Source: Leptolyngbyaceae cyanobacterium (lineage in GTDB: Bacteria; Cyanobacteriota; Cyanobacteriia; Phormidesmidales; Phormidesmidaceae). Taken from it: DNA of 64,000 bases. Made by a program: the position numbers and the translations under genes. Below, piece after piece: positions 30,170 through 40,653 of this stretch. The first letter of the stretch is position 1; the number at the start of each line of letters is the position of its first letter. The DNA is taken from the NCBI GenBank assembly GCA_965263355.1, contig CBDHHL010000032.1, positions 1,248,001 through 1,312,000 of the forward strand. Reading direction: 5' to 3'. The notes below the pieces were generated by a model. The model searched no databases and was not told where the DNA came from. It saw only the letters and a list, made by a program, of their open reading frames with translations.

Positions 30170-32695
30170 ATGGTCACGACGGTATCCTCAAAATACTGTA
30201 AAAATCTGGATTATAGCTTTCTATTATTGACCCATATTATTTGTGCTGACCAACAAATCCACGTTCAAGAATCGCGGGCACTGCGGGAGCTGGCTCAGCA
30301 GGTGCGTGTCGATGAGTTAACGCTCCAGGAAATGGAGAAAATCCTAGGCCAGGAGGATACTCAAATTTCGTTGGAAACAGCGGCCCAGAATGTTCCGTTG
30401 TCTCAAAGAACTGAATCCCTGAGACAGCTATTGGCCATCGCTTATGTTGACGGATATTTTTCGCCGCTAGAACGCCAGGTTATCGATCAGGTGGCTCGGA
30501 TGTGGGGTGTTCCTGGCCATGAAATTGACCAGATGCTAAAGACGGCTCAGGGGTTACAGCAATCCTATATCCGTGGAAATAGCCATGGTGAGCCAGACAA
30601 AAATCACCTGTCCATTGGGGCAAAATTACTGAAGGGGGCAGAGTCTGTTTTATCGAAATTTTTGATCACTCAGCTGACGGAATTAGCTCCAGGGGCTGTC
30701 GGTGAAAAAATTGAGCGGCTGCAGCGAGAGATTTTGTTGTCTGGTCCTGAGTATGACCAGGCAATTCAGCAATGCGCCACCATTGCGAAAGCGGATTTTG
30801 GCTATGCTGACAAGGCTCTTAAAGCCACATCCCTATCCCTTCGAAATTTAGGCAAAGGGTTACAACAGGGGATGTATACGTTCCAGCAAAAGGCGGTTGG
30901 ACAGGGCAATGCCCAAAGTGTTAAGAATGTGGCCCAGCAGCTGGAACAAACCCGAAAAAATTTCTTGTCTGAAATTTTAGAAGATTTAGAATCGGTGCAG
31001 GCGGCACTGCAAGCAAAACAGCGTTCCCTGGGGCATTTTAGTGTTGCCTTTATGGGCCGTACCAAGGTTGGTAAAAGTACGCTCCATGCAGTAATTACAA
31101 AGGAAGGCTGGGAGGCCATTGGCGTCGGTAAACAACGCACTACCCGCTATAACCGGGTGTATGAGTGGAACAATATTCGCATCATTGACACGCCGGGGAT
31201 TGGTGCGCCGGGGGGTAAAACCGATGAAGAGATTGCCCGCAACATAATTGAAGAAGCGGATGTGATTTGCTATGTGGTGACCGATGACAGTATTCAAGAG
31301 GCGGAGTTTGAATTTCTCAAAATTCTAAAAGAGAAAACTAAACCCCTGATTATTCTGCTAAATATTCAGTACAATCTGCGAGACTCTCGACGGCTGGAGC
31401 ATTTTCTAAAAAATCCAGAACGATGGTTTGCTCAAGAGGGCCGCAGTGGTATTGGGGGCCACCTAAATCGAATTCGGCGCTATGCTCAGCAGCATTATGC
31501 CAATGACTATCTGCCGGTGGTGCCGGTAATGTTGTTGGCGGCTCAGCTAGCCCAGGAACCCGACCATGGGCATCGGGCACAGCCATTGTTTAAGGCTAGC
31601 CGCATTCAAGATTTTCTAGATTCTATTCGTGTTTCGTTGATTGACTATGGGGCGATTCGGAGATCGCAAACCCTACTGGGGTCAACGGTGGGGGCTATTC
31701 ATAAGCCCCAGCAGTGGATTGGCCGTCAGGCCAAGACATATCAGGAACTGGCCCAGGATCTCCAGGAGAAACGTCAACAGCTTGCGAAACAACTTCAACA
31801 GGCCCATAACGATCAGCAAGCTACTTTAGAACAGTCCCTGCGGGAGATATTTCAATCCGCCTTTGACCAAGTGACGCCGTTTGCTGAAACCTACTGGAAG
31901 GCCGGCAAACGTAAGCTGCAGCGGAAGTGGAAAGAGGTGCTAGAAGACCTGGAGTTTGAAGAACGGCTGCAGCTAGTGGCTAAGGATACCAGCCAGGACT
32001 TGCAGGCTCAGGTGCAAACGGCGCTGGAAGAAATTGGCAATGAACTGCAAATCATTCATCGGTTACACCATTCAAACTTTCATTTCTCAGCCCAGGATTC
32101 TAGCGTTATCGATCAAGATTTTATGCGGATTACCGGGATGGCATTGGTGGCAGCGGGGGCTATGCTGGCCTTTGTGTTTCCACCGTTGGGACTGCTGAGT
32201 TTGGTGGGGGGCATTGTTAGTTGGGTAGGTGGCTGGTTTGAATCGCGATCCGACAAGCGTCGTAAGGCAGTGAACAAGATTTCTGAGGCGTTGTATCAGC
32301 AGCTTGATCAAGAACAGGACAGGATTATTCCTCAAGTCAAGGACAATTTTGAGAAATATTATCAATCGGTGGCGACCAGTGTTGATGGGTATTTTGCAGG
32401 TTTGATTGACGGGATTGGCGCGATCGCAACCCAACTTCACACCACCCAACATGAGTTAAACCGTGCCGCCAATGGCCTCAACCGGGCCTATGGCAAACGC
32501 ATCATCGACTGGGCCACCGATCAGCCAGAAACCCTGACGGATCAGACCATCCATCAAATCATCCATAGCGTCAGTCGAGACTTTGGCCGCAATCTAGAGA
32601 TTCAAACCACACAGCCTGTCTTGTTGACCAAATCCCAGGATGAGATTTGTCGCATCCTGCAAGAAGACGTCTCAATTTCCCCCGTAAACCCCTGA
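30170..32695 (+). CDS. TerB-domain dynamin-like GTPase
   Basis: N-terminal TerB-like motifs (IICADQQIHVQE; IAYVDGYFSPLE), G1 GRTKVGKS, G2 RTT, G3 DTPG, helical stalk, hydrophobic hairpin near aa 655-690. Confidence 0.8.
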   Translation: MVTTVSSKYCKNLDYSFLLLTHIICADQQIHVQESRALRELAQQVRVDELTLQEMEKILGQEDTQISLETAAQNVPLSQRTESLRQLLAIAYVDGYFSPLERQVIDQVARMWGVPGHEIDQMLKTAQGLQQSYIRGNSHGEPDKNHLSIGAKLLKGAESVLSKFLITQLTELAPGAVGEKIERLQREILLSGPEYDQAIQQCATIAKADFGYADKALKATSLSLRNLGKGLQQGMYTFQQKAVGQGNAQSVKNVAQQLEQTRKNFLSEILEDLESVQAALQAKQRSLGHFSVAFMGRTKVGKSTLHAVITKEGWEAIGVGKQRTTRYNRVYEWNNIRIIDTPGIGAPGGKTDEEIARNIIEEADVICYVVTDDSIQEAEFEFLKILKEKTKPLIILLNIQYNLRDSRRLEHFLKNPERWFAQEGRSGIGGHLNRIRRYAQQHYANDYLPVVPVMLLAAQLAQEPDHGHRAQPLFKASRIQDFLDSIRVSLIDYGAIRRSQTLLGSTVGAIHKPQQWIGRQAKTYQELAQDLQEKRQQLAKQLQQAHNDQQATLEQSLREIFQSAFDQVTPFAETYWKAGKRKLQRKWKEVLEDLEFEERLQLVAKDTSQDLQAQVQTALEEIGNELQIIHRLHHSNFHFSAQDSSVIDQDFMRITGMALVAAGAMLAFVFPPLGLLSLVGGIVSWVGGWFESRSDKRRKAVNKISEALYQQLDQEQDRIIPQVKDNFEKYYQSVATSVDGYFAGLIDGIGAIATQLHTTQHELNRAANGLNRAYGKRIIDWATDQPETLTDQTIHQIIHSVSRDFGRNLEIQTTQPVLLTKSQDEICRILQEDVSISPVNP

Positions 32696-32710
32696 TCTAA
32701 AATACCTTTC

Positions 32711-34465
32711 ATGTCGTCTATCAATCCCACCTTCAAAGCCGCCCACATCAGCCAACAATTCCAAGCAGCCTGTAGCCAATTTGATGCGCTGCTAGCCCAG
32801 GCTGATGCCCAGGAACTGGCCCAGATTCGCCAAAAATTTTACGATGGCTTAAAAGACTATGAGCAACAGGGCACCTTAACCGTTGCCTTTATCGGTCAGT
32901 ACAGTGCGGGTAAATCCACCATTATTTCTGCCCTCACGGGACGGCGGGATCTGCACATTGATGCGGATATTGCCACGGATACTACCACCACCTACGGCTG
33001 GAACGGCATCAAAATTATTGATACTCCGGGGCTGTTTACCGACCGTCCTGACCACGATGCCATTACCTATGGTGCGATCGCAAAAGCCGACCTGCTGGTG
33101 TTTTGCCTCACCCACATGCTGTTCGACACCCTCACCCTAGAAAATTTCAAAAAGCTTGCCTACGACAAAGGCTATCGCTGGAAAATCATGCTGGTGGTCA
33201 ACAAAATGTCGGCAGGAGCCGGTGATGAAACACAGAAAATTGCCAGCTACCGCCACAGCCTCACAGCAGCCCTGAAGCCCTACGACCTCGATGAATTCTC
33301 CATTTCCTTTATAGATGCCAGGGACTACTGCGAAGGCATTGATAACAACGATGATTTTTCCACGGAGATCAGCCAATTCGATACCTTTATCACTGAACTC
33401 AATCAGTTTGTTGAGCGTCGTGCCTCCCTCACAGGTTTAGATACCCCAGTGCGCATTTTGCTGGGTTGCCTGGATCAGGCCCAGATCGCCTTTGCTCGAA
33501 ACTCCAATGAAGATACGGCATTTTTAGAGGTATTGTCACGGCTATCGCGCCGCATCAACCAAGAGCGAGAACGCCTGCGCACCAAAGTCAAAGCCATCAC
33601 CCTAGAAATGTCATCGGCCATTACCACCGAAGGCGCAAAACTGGCCTCAGCGGTCGGGGATGAGCAGTTTGAATCCATGAATAAGCAGGCTGAAATCAAC
33701 GTATGTCAGCAGTATGAACAAGCCGAAAAAGCCATTGAAAGCACGGCTGAGAATGCGGTGAAATCGATTGAAGAGGAAGTGTTAGCCGAGCTAAATAGCC
33801 CCTTAGCCCAGGCAGTTGTGGCTCAACTCAGTTTCACGGGTGCCGTTGCCCACAATGGTCCTGTGAACAATAGCAATACGCAACAGGCCCAAGGCCAGGT
33901 CGAATGGTTACAAAAAATTGGTGGGCAGGTTGGCGCAGGCATCACTAAGGCTGCCACCAGGGGCGTTGCTTCCACAGCCGGGTCTGGATTTCTTCGATCA
34001 ATGGATGTGGCTGGCAGCAGTTTGCATCAAGGCGTATATGAAGTTGGAAAGTTTATCGGGTTCAAGTTCAAGCCCTGGCAGGCAGTGAATGTCGCTAAAA
34101 ATATCGGCAATGCCGCTAAATTTCTAGGTCCAGCTGTTGCCGTTCTCTCTATTGGACTAGAACTACATACCATGCAACAAGAAAGAGAATATGAAAAACA
34201 AATGGCCGAGGTGCGCCGCGACATCACCAGCCAATTTAAGGCCATTACCGTGGATCTAGACCAACAAATTAAAGCCCAATTGCAAGACTTTGAAGCCAAA
34301 GTTTATGGCCTTTTAGAAAACAATATCGCTGAGGCACGCCATCAAACAGAAACAGCCATGGTCACATCCCATACAGAAATTGGACGTATTGCAGCCATCA
34401 GAAAAGACCTGGATGCCATTCTCCAGGACGTTCATCACGCAGCATCAGATCAGGAGAATGACTAA
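32711..34465 (+). CDS. LeoA/HP0731-like dynamin-like GTPase
   Basis: G1 GQYSAGKS, G3 DTPG, G4 NKMS, long helical region, Gly-rich paddle with FKFKPWQAV. Confidence 0.8.
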   Translation: MSSINPTFKAAHISQQFQAACSQFDALLAQADAQELAQIRQKFYDGLKDYEQQGTLTVAFIGQYSAGKSTIISALTGRRDLHIDADIATDTTTTYGWNGIKIIDTPGLFTDRPDHDAITYGAIAKADLLVFCLTHMLFDTLTLENFKKLAYDKGYRWKIMLVVNKMSAGAGDETQKIASYRHSLTAALKPYDLDEFSISFIDARDYCEGIDNNDDFSTEISQFDTFITELNQFVERRASLTGLDTPVRILLGCLDQAQIAFARNSNEDTAFLEVLSRLSRRINQERERLRTKVKAITLEMSSAITTEGAKLASAVGDEQFESMNKQAEINVCQQYEQAEKAIESTAENAVKSIEEEVLAELNSPLAQAVVAQLSFTGAVAHNGPVNNSNTQQAQGQVEWLQKIGGQVGAGITKAATRGVASTAGSGFLRSMDVAGSSLHQGVYEVGKFIGFKFKPWQAVNVAKNIGNAAKFLGPAVAVLSIGLELHTMQQEREYEKQMAEVRRDITSQFKAITVDLDQQIKAQLQDFEAKVYGLLENNIAEARHQTETAMVTSHTEIGRIAAIRKDLDAILQDVHHAASDQEND

Positions 34466-34467
34466 TA

Positions 34468-35466
34468 ATGGGCATGCTTGTTTTTACAATTCATGGTGTA
34501 GCCACCCGAGATTCCAACTACTCTAAACCCTTGGAGAAGCTTGTTAAAAAGCATATTGAAATAGCTAATCATCAGGCAAAAGGGTGGTTTGATTTCTTTC
34601 CAAGCGTTTTTTCTCCTATAGACGGTGATAACTCCTCTGAAAACAAGCCAGAGATTCCGTTACCCATTTTTGCTTCAAGTTTCTGGGGCGTGCGGTTCAC
34701 CCAAACCGATCACTTATGGAATGGAATTCGCCAGGGCTTAACGAATTTACAAGAAACTCATCACAATGTAGATATACAGGATGTTTTCCGTTACCAGGAA
34801 CTACGACAGGGCTTTATCACAGATTTTTTTGGTGATATTCTCCTATACCTCAACGAAGATAACGGCAGAGATATCCGCCAAAATATCGCGGACCAATTGA
34901 GCAAAGCCATTCGCCAACATCCTGAGTATCCTCAAATTCATCTGGTGGCCCACTCCCTGGGCAGCGTTATTCTCTGGGATGTGCTCTTTTCTGAAAGATT
35001 TACCCCTGGCGATCCAGCCTACAAAATACGCGCATTGTTAAACCTGGATCAGCCGTCTGCTCAGGTTGGAAATAAAGGCATCACCAGCATTACCACCATG
35101 GGTTCACCCATCTTGTTTTTTAATTTAATGTTTGACATCAAGCCCGCTCAGATTCAGCAGAGATTATCTGATAAAAAGGTCAGATGGCTAAATCTTATCC
35201 ACTCATCGGATATCATCGCCTATCCGTTACGATCCATCTTTAGCCCATTGCCAGACTTATTCTTTAGAGATAAATACATTTGGGCAGATGCCAATATAGC
35301 TGAAAAGGCCGCACGTTCTTTAAGGCAAGAGCATGCAGCGATGGCACTCGGTGTTTCTGATGGACATGTCTCCTATTGGCATAGTGATGTGACAGCGCAT
35401 CTACTGGCTGCTAATCTAATGGGTAATACAAAAGCAATTGATTCTCAAACAATAGATACCGAGTAA
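34468..35466 (+). CDS. Alpha/beta hydrolase-fold (lipase-like) protein
   Basis: FTIHGV oxyanion segment, nucleophile elbow AHSLG, TMGSP, DIIAYPL, GHVSYW. Confidence 0.78.
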   Translation: MGMLVFTIHGVATRDSNYSKPLEKLVKKHIEIANHQAKGWFDFFPSVFSPIDGDNSSENKPEIPLPIFASSFWGVRFTQTDHLWNGIRQGLTNLQETHHNVDIQDVFRYQELRQGFITDFFGDILLYLNEDNGRDIRQNIADQLSKAIRQHPEYPQIHLVAHSLGSVILWDVLFSERFTPGDPAYKIRALLNLDQPSAQVGNKGITSITTMGSPILFFNLMFDIKPAQIQQRLSDKKVRWLNLIHSSDIIAYPLRSIFSPLPDLFFRDKYIWADANIAEKAARSLRQEHAAMALGVSDGHVSYWHSDVTAHLLAANLMGNTKAIDSQTIDTE

Positions 35467-35834
35467 TATCTCGAATCGGCCTTTGTGTTTGGCGAAGCAA
35501 AATTGTTAGGTAAACACGACTATGGATGTATAACTCTCAGATCTTGACCTTGGCTATGAAGTGTCAAAATCTAGAAGGTTTTAGCCGATAGTGTCCCTTT
35601 AGTGGACAGCCCTCAATTAGCGGTGTTTTTAACCCACCGTGGGTTTGAACCTCACAACCCATTTAGGGCAAGCTCTGAGTAACTCACAGTTTAAATATCA
35701 TCAGTTGTTGATGCAAGTAATCAAATGGTGGCAGTAAGCGCTCTGTATCTATGCAAATTTGAGGAAAAATTCTCCTAAAGTGCGATATTACACACCAAAC
35801 TCTTTCTTCTCTGATACATTTTGCTCGTAGTTAA

Positions 35835-36533
<699 letters not shown>

Positions 36534-36540
36534 TAATCTG

Positions 36541-36673
36541 GGGTATCAACTCAAGCTGGGAAAATTTGGTTAGGTAGGAATCTAGAATACAGGAGTAAGA
36601 ATTCAGAAGGGACCTGGCTTCTGGTTCCTGACTTCTATCCTTGGGGCAACTTCCTACTTTTCAGTTGATGCCC
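36541..36673 (+). repeat. MITE-like intergenic repeat, copy 2
   Basis: Terminal inverted repeats GGGTATCAACT ... AGTTGATGCCC; internal sequence similar to the copy at 45979. Confidence 0.75.
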
Positions 36674-36760
36674 TCTAAAGTTAGACCTCTTAGATTGGCT
36701 TATTGAATTATATGCCTTGGATGACTCAATTGAGTCTGGTTGATAAGCTTGAACTACTGA

Positions 36761-36989
36761 TTGAGTGAACGTGACTTAATGGCTATAGCAGTCGATCAAG
36801 TAACTCCATATAAGCCCCTTAGCCTCGACGAATTTCTTACTCGCTATGGTGGCGATAACCGCTATGAATTGATCGATGGAGAGGTCTTTGATTTGGGACC
36901 AACAGGCCCCCATGAGGAAGTCGCAGCCTTTATTACTGCAAAGCTCTGTGTCCAGATCGATACCATTGACTTACCTTGGTTTGTCCTTT
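36761..36989 (+). pseudogene. Uma2 family endonuclease, N-terminal fragment
   Basis: LSLDEFL...RYELIDGEV...PTGPHEEV; the similarity stops at LPWFVL, where a repeat cluster begins. Confidence 0.75.
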
Positions 36990-37112
36990 GTCCCCCTTAC
37001 GTTGGCGAAGCCTGCCCAGAGGGCTTAGGGGGACTTGCAGGGGGATATCGATAGTGAGCGCTATCGGTCAAAACCCCTCCGCCTACGGCACCTCCCCTTC
37101 ATAAGGGGAGGA
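36990..37112. repeat. Cluster of REP-like palindromes
   Basis: TCCCCCT...AGGGGGA, CGATAG...CTATCG and CCTCCCCTT-CAT-AAGGGGAGG hairpins. Confidence 0.6.
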
Positions 37113-37160
37113 AAGTCTGAAGCATAATTTCAAGCTGGTATTTTATTTAGCTGCTAGCCC

Positions 37161-37474
37161 CTAAGCTGCTAAAGCTGGATAGTCGACATAACCCTGGCGC
37201 TCGTGGGTGTAGAAAGTTGTAGGATCCGCGTCATTCAGTGGTGCATTTTGCTTAAAGCGTTCGACTAAATCAGGGTTGGCGATAAAGGGAATACCATAGG
37301 CGATCGCATCCACACCAGTATTCTGAATAGCGGCAGCCCCAGTTTCTGCACCATAACCACCATTTAGGACTATGGCACCCTGAAATGCCTTGCGTAGATG
37401 TGGCGTGATTGGTTCAACCTCTGCCGCCGCTGCCATAAAGTGACCTGGTAAGGCTTCTATAACATGGAGATAAG
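37161..37474 (-). pseudogene. Old yellow enzyme (alkene reductase), C-terminal fragment
   Basis: The frame reads YLHVIEALPGHF...NGGY...FIANPDLVERF...TFYT...GYVDYP and is cut exactly at the IS end at 37475. Confidence 0.88.
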
Positions 37475-39000
37475 TAGGGCAAACGCAGCTATTTAGTATA
37501 AATCGTACTTGACAGTACCTCCTTTATCTGAATTTTGACTATTTCAGAAACGTCTAACCATGCTTATGTGGGTCAGTGTCAAGCGTCCACCTCAAATGAG
37601 AGATTATGTTGCATAATCTCTCATTTGACCGTATTCAGTTCAACTCTCTTAAGTGAAAGTTTTCTCTCACTTACCCAGAAATACCCACGACATTATTCGG
37701 TTATATCAATCATGAGAAGACTTAACAAATAATTGTTATCCAATGCTGCCCGATACCGTTTTATCTTAATGCTACCTTTGGTCGAATCTTGTTTGATGAC
37801 ACTCACACACAAGCGACGTAGTAATCCCATATTCTCTGGCCCATGGCCTTTTCGAATCCGACTATTATCTTCTTTGAAGGTCACATCTAGGACCCAATGC
37901 AGACTATTTTCAATGCTCCAATGAGACCGTATTGATTGAGCAAATACCGTCGCATTTGCCGTCATGCTGCTGATATAAAAATGTATCTGTTCTTCTTCTT
38001 TGTTCTGTAAAATTCGTTTGCGACGCACCATGACAATACTCGTTAACCCCGTCCATTTCTCTCGATTCCATAGATTCGGTACCTGCTCGATGGGAACCAC
38101 CCAAGTCTGACGATGTTCTATTCGATGATGTGCCGACTCAGTGCTGCTCGTATAGTCATACTCAATCCCTTGCCAGTCATTGGCTATCGCCTCTTCAAAA
38201 AAGTGTTTAACCCCCTGATAAAGCGTGTCTTGATTGGCTTTAAGCGCTAAAATATAGTCTCCTCCTCCGGCAACGATTTGCGCCGCAATCGCCGTTTGAG
38301 TCCCCATGGCATCTAGGGTGATGATAGTCCCCTCTAGCGACAACATCTCCAACACCTCGGGAATCGCCGTAATCTCATTCGATTTACTATCGACCCGTTG
38401 CTGAGCTAGCACAAGGTGATGCTCTGAGGCCCATGCACTCACACTATGCAGCGCCTTGAGTCCGGTCTGTGTGTCTCTAGACCCACGATGCGTTTTGCCA
38501 TCAATATGGATTAATTTGATCGACAACTGAGTCGTTATTTGCTCTATCCATTTTAAGAAAAACGCTTCAAACTGATGGGGGGCAAGTTGGGCAAAGACTC
38601 TTGAAAAGGTATCGTGGGACGGAATCCCATGGGGCAACTCTAAAAACGTTGATAACCACTCATGTTTCGAATTGCCGTAGGTTTCCACGGCCTCCATCGT
38701 GTCGGCTCCACATATGGTTGCCAAAATCGCAATCGTTACAATATCAACCAGCAGATGGAGTGGTTTTCGTTTCGTGCGCGGATCGTCCAAACCGTTGATC
38801 TCATTGAGAATACTGGTTTTGATCACTTTAGCTGGTGATGAACTTGACCGACTTGGGGAACGTCCAAATCCTTGAGGCATTGGCTGACATCATTAGGAAA
38901 CACGACGTACACCTTACCTTACATGCTCTATGACGAGATCACCTCGAAGCCGACTCATTCTGTCAAGTACATTGGATACAAAATAAGTGCGTTTACCCTA
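37475..39000 (-). mobile_element. ISAs1 family insertion sequence
   Basis: 41-bp imperfect terminal IRs: TAGGGCAAACGCAGCTATTT...GTACTTGACAG (37475-37515) and the complement of 38960-39000; encloses the transposase; no target duplication visible. Confidence 0.9.
37693..38880 (-). CDS. ISAs1 family transposase
   Basis: DPR, GIPSHDTF, IDGK, KSNEI, DAMG, LKANQ, RSHWSIENSLHWVLDVTFKED. Confidence 0.95.
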   Translation of the reverse strand: MPQGFGRSPSRSSSSPAKVIKTSILNEINGLDDPRTKRKPLHLLVDIVTIAILATICGADTMEAVETYGNSKHEWLSTFLELPHGIPSHDTFSRVFAQLAPHQFEAFFLKWIEQITTQLSIKLIHIDGKTHRGSRDTQTGLKALHSVSAWASEHHLVLAQQRVDSKSNEITAIPEVLEMLSLEGTIITLDAMGTQTAIAAQIVAGGGDYILALKANQDTLYQGVKHFFEEAIANDWQGIEYDYTSSTESAHHRIEHRQTWVVPIEQVPNLWNREKWTGLTSIVMVRRKRILQNKEEEQIHFYISSMTANATVFAQSIRSHWSIENSLHWVLDVTFKEDNSRIRKGHGPENMGLLRRLCVSVIKQDSTKGSIKIKRYRAALDNNYLLSLLMIDITE

Positions 39001-39234
39001 CCCGGTTTTGGGGGAGTTGCCAGACTTCAACCAATATTTCAGATCAACGAAGCGGGGCAAATCGTCTTTAGAGCGACCTCACAAGGAGGTAATGGGCCTG
39101 GAAACGCTATTCTTCGGGCAGATCCAGTTATTGACTCAACTCCAGTTCCCACCCCCGCTCTTCTTCCTGGACTGGTAGGTATGGGTGTAGCAGCACTACG
39201 CAAGCGCAAGCAAGAGACTGAGTTGGAAGCTTAA
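39001..39234 (+). pseudogene. C-terminal fragment of a PEP-CTERM/PTPA-CTERM surface protein
   Basis: INEAGQIVF repeat-like motif, then VPTPALLPGLVGMGVAALRKRK sorting signal; the 5' part is replaced by the IS. Confidence 0.8.
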
Positions 39235-39313
39235 GTTCTCTCACTCGCCTGCAGCTCATGATTTTTCACAATGAGGTTTGACTACCTCAGAACCTCAACG
39301 AGATTCTGAGGTA

Positions 39314-39650
39314 ACCTCAGTACGGGATAAGAAATGGAGGGGTTGAGTAAGCTGAAAAAACAAAAAACATTCAGCTAGCCCCTCCTATGTCCAGTTTAAA
39401 AGAGCTTTTCTGTCAGATTGATGACTTTTGCCAAATCTTTGAACCTCAGTGGCAGGCCACGCTCATTAGCAACGGAGTGCGCCATCGTCATCGGCAACGC
39501 TTAATGAGCTTAAGTAAAATCATGACGATTCTGGTGAGCTTTCATCAACAGTCGTATCGTAATTTCAAGCATTTCTACCAAAAGCATGTCTGTTGCTATT
39601 GGCGTCGTGAGTTTCCAGGCCTCCCCAGTTATCAACGGTTTATTGATTAA
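39314..39650 (+). pseudogene. IS982 family element, left end and truncated transposase (CDS 39387-39650)
   Basis: MSSLKELFCQIDDFC...IMTILVSFH...YRNFKHFY...FPGLPSYQRF then stop; ACCTCAGTACGGGATAAG end-like sequence at 39314. Confidence 0.8.
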
Positions 39651-39964
39651 TGGAAGATAGCAGAGATATTTCCAAAATAAGGCGTAGGCTACTGTGCAAA
39701 ATGGGATATCGCTTTGACAGAGAGACTGGGAAATTTCTTGGTCAGGAGGTAAACGGGAAACTTTACAAATCAGGGGAGATGGCCCCTGCATGGAACCCGA
39801 TCAAGGGGAACTTTTTGAAAGAAGTGACCGAGCCTGAGGTTCCAGAATCTGAGCGCCCAGAAATTGGGAAGATAGATGAGTCTTGGCTCCACAGCTGTCC
39901 CATGCCTCGAAAGACTCTGAGGGGCGTCAATAAAGATCTTTTCCCAGACACTCGTGCTAATTGA
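39650..39964 (+). CDS. Hypothetical protein (possibly a fragment)
   Basis: 104-aa ORF starting at the IS982 breakpoint; no family recognised. Confidence 0.35.
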   Translation: MEDSRDISKIRRRLLCKMGYRFDRETGKFLGQEVNGKLYKSGEMAPAWNPIKGNFLKEVTEPEVPESERPEIGKIDESWLHSCPMPRKTLRGVNKDLFPDTRAN

Positions 39965-39988
39965 TTGCTGTGATTTTTTTTAAAGTCT

Positions 39989-40486
39989 ATGACATCGCTA
40001 TCAGAGGTTTTATTGCTTGTGCCCCTTGGCCGATCAGATGGCTTCGAGAAAACGGATTACAGACGAGTGCTCAATACACTCCGTTATATCCACGCTAATC
40101 CGAAAGCAGCGGGAATGCAGCGAGGGTTCTTTTATGATTTCTCCAACTATGGCAGCTACGATCGCCTCAAAGATGACGGTCTGACGGAATGGCATCCTGC
40201 CTTTTTATCACTGGGAGAATCGTTGGATGAATGTGCGAAAGAATATCGCAAGTTTTGCAAACGCTACAAACCCAAACCCAAGTCAGAAAAACGTAGCTTT
40301 TGGGGAAGTAAATTGCTACCCAAAGTGTTGAAAGCGTCGGAACGGAAGAAACGATCGCCAGGTCAACTGCGACTACTGTGGGATGACTGGAAACCGACTC
40401 AAGAGGTTCGCAACGTCGCTGAACAATTTGTTATGGCCAATTGCTATGACCCCAAAGTCGCTGCCCAGTTTTTTAATGACTCGTAG
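39989..40486 (+). pseudogene. REP-associated (Y1/RAYT-like) transposase, C-terminal fragment
   Basis: LNTLRYIHANPKAAGM...YDFSNY catalytic-Tyr segment present; the N-terminal HUH part is missing. Confidence 0.65.
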
Positions 40487-40653
40487 CGATGAAGAGCGCT
40501 ATCCGTTGGCCTGGACAGTATAAGGGGATACCAAATCTCTCACTGATGACGGATAGCGGAACAGTGCCAGGTAACGAATGGGTAAAAAGCCGATGAATAC
40601 GTAGAGAAGATCATCTGAATATAGCTTGACAAGCGACCTGAAGTCCTTATATG

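Noticed and set aside
36761..37054. 97-aa ORF as a complete Uma2 protein
   Set aside because: The catalytic PD...E region is absent, and the last ~21 codons are read-through into palindromic repeats.
38872..39234. 120-aa ORF as an intact gene
   Set aside because: Its first 43 codons lie inside the ISAs1 end; only 39001-39234 is the remnant of a real gene.
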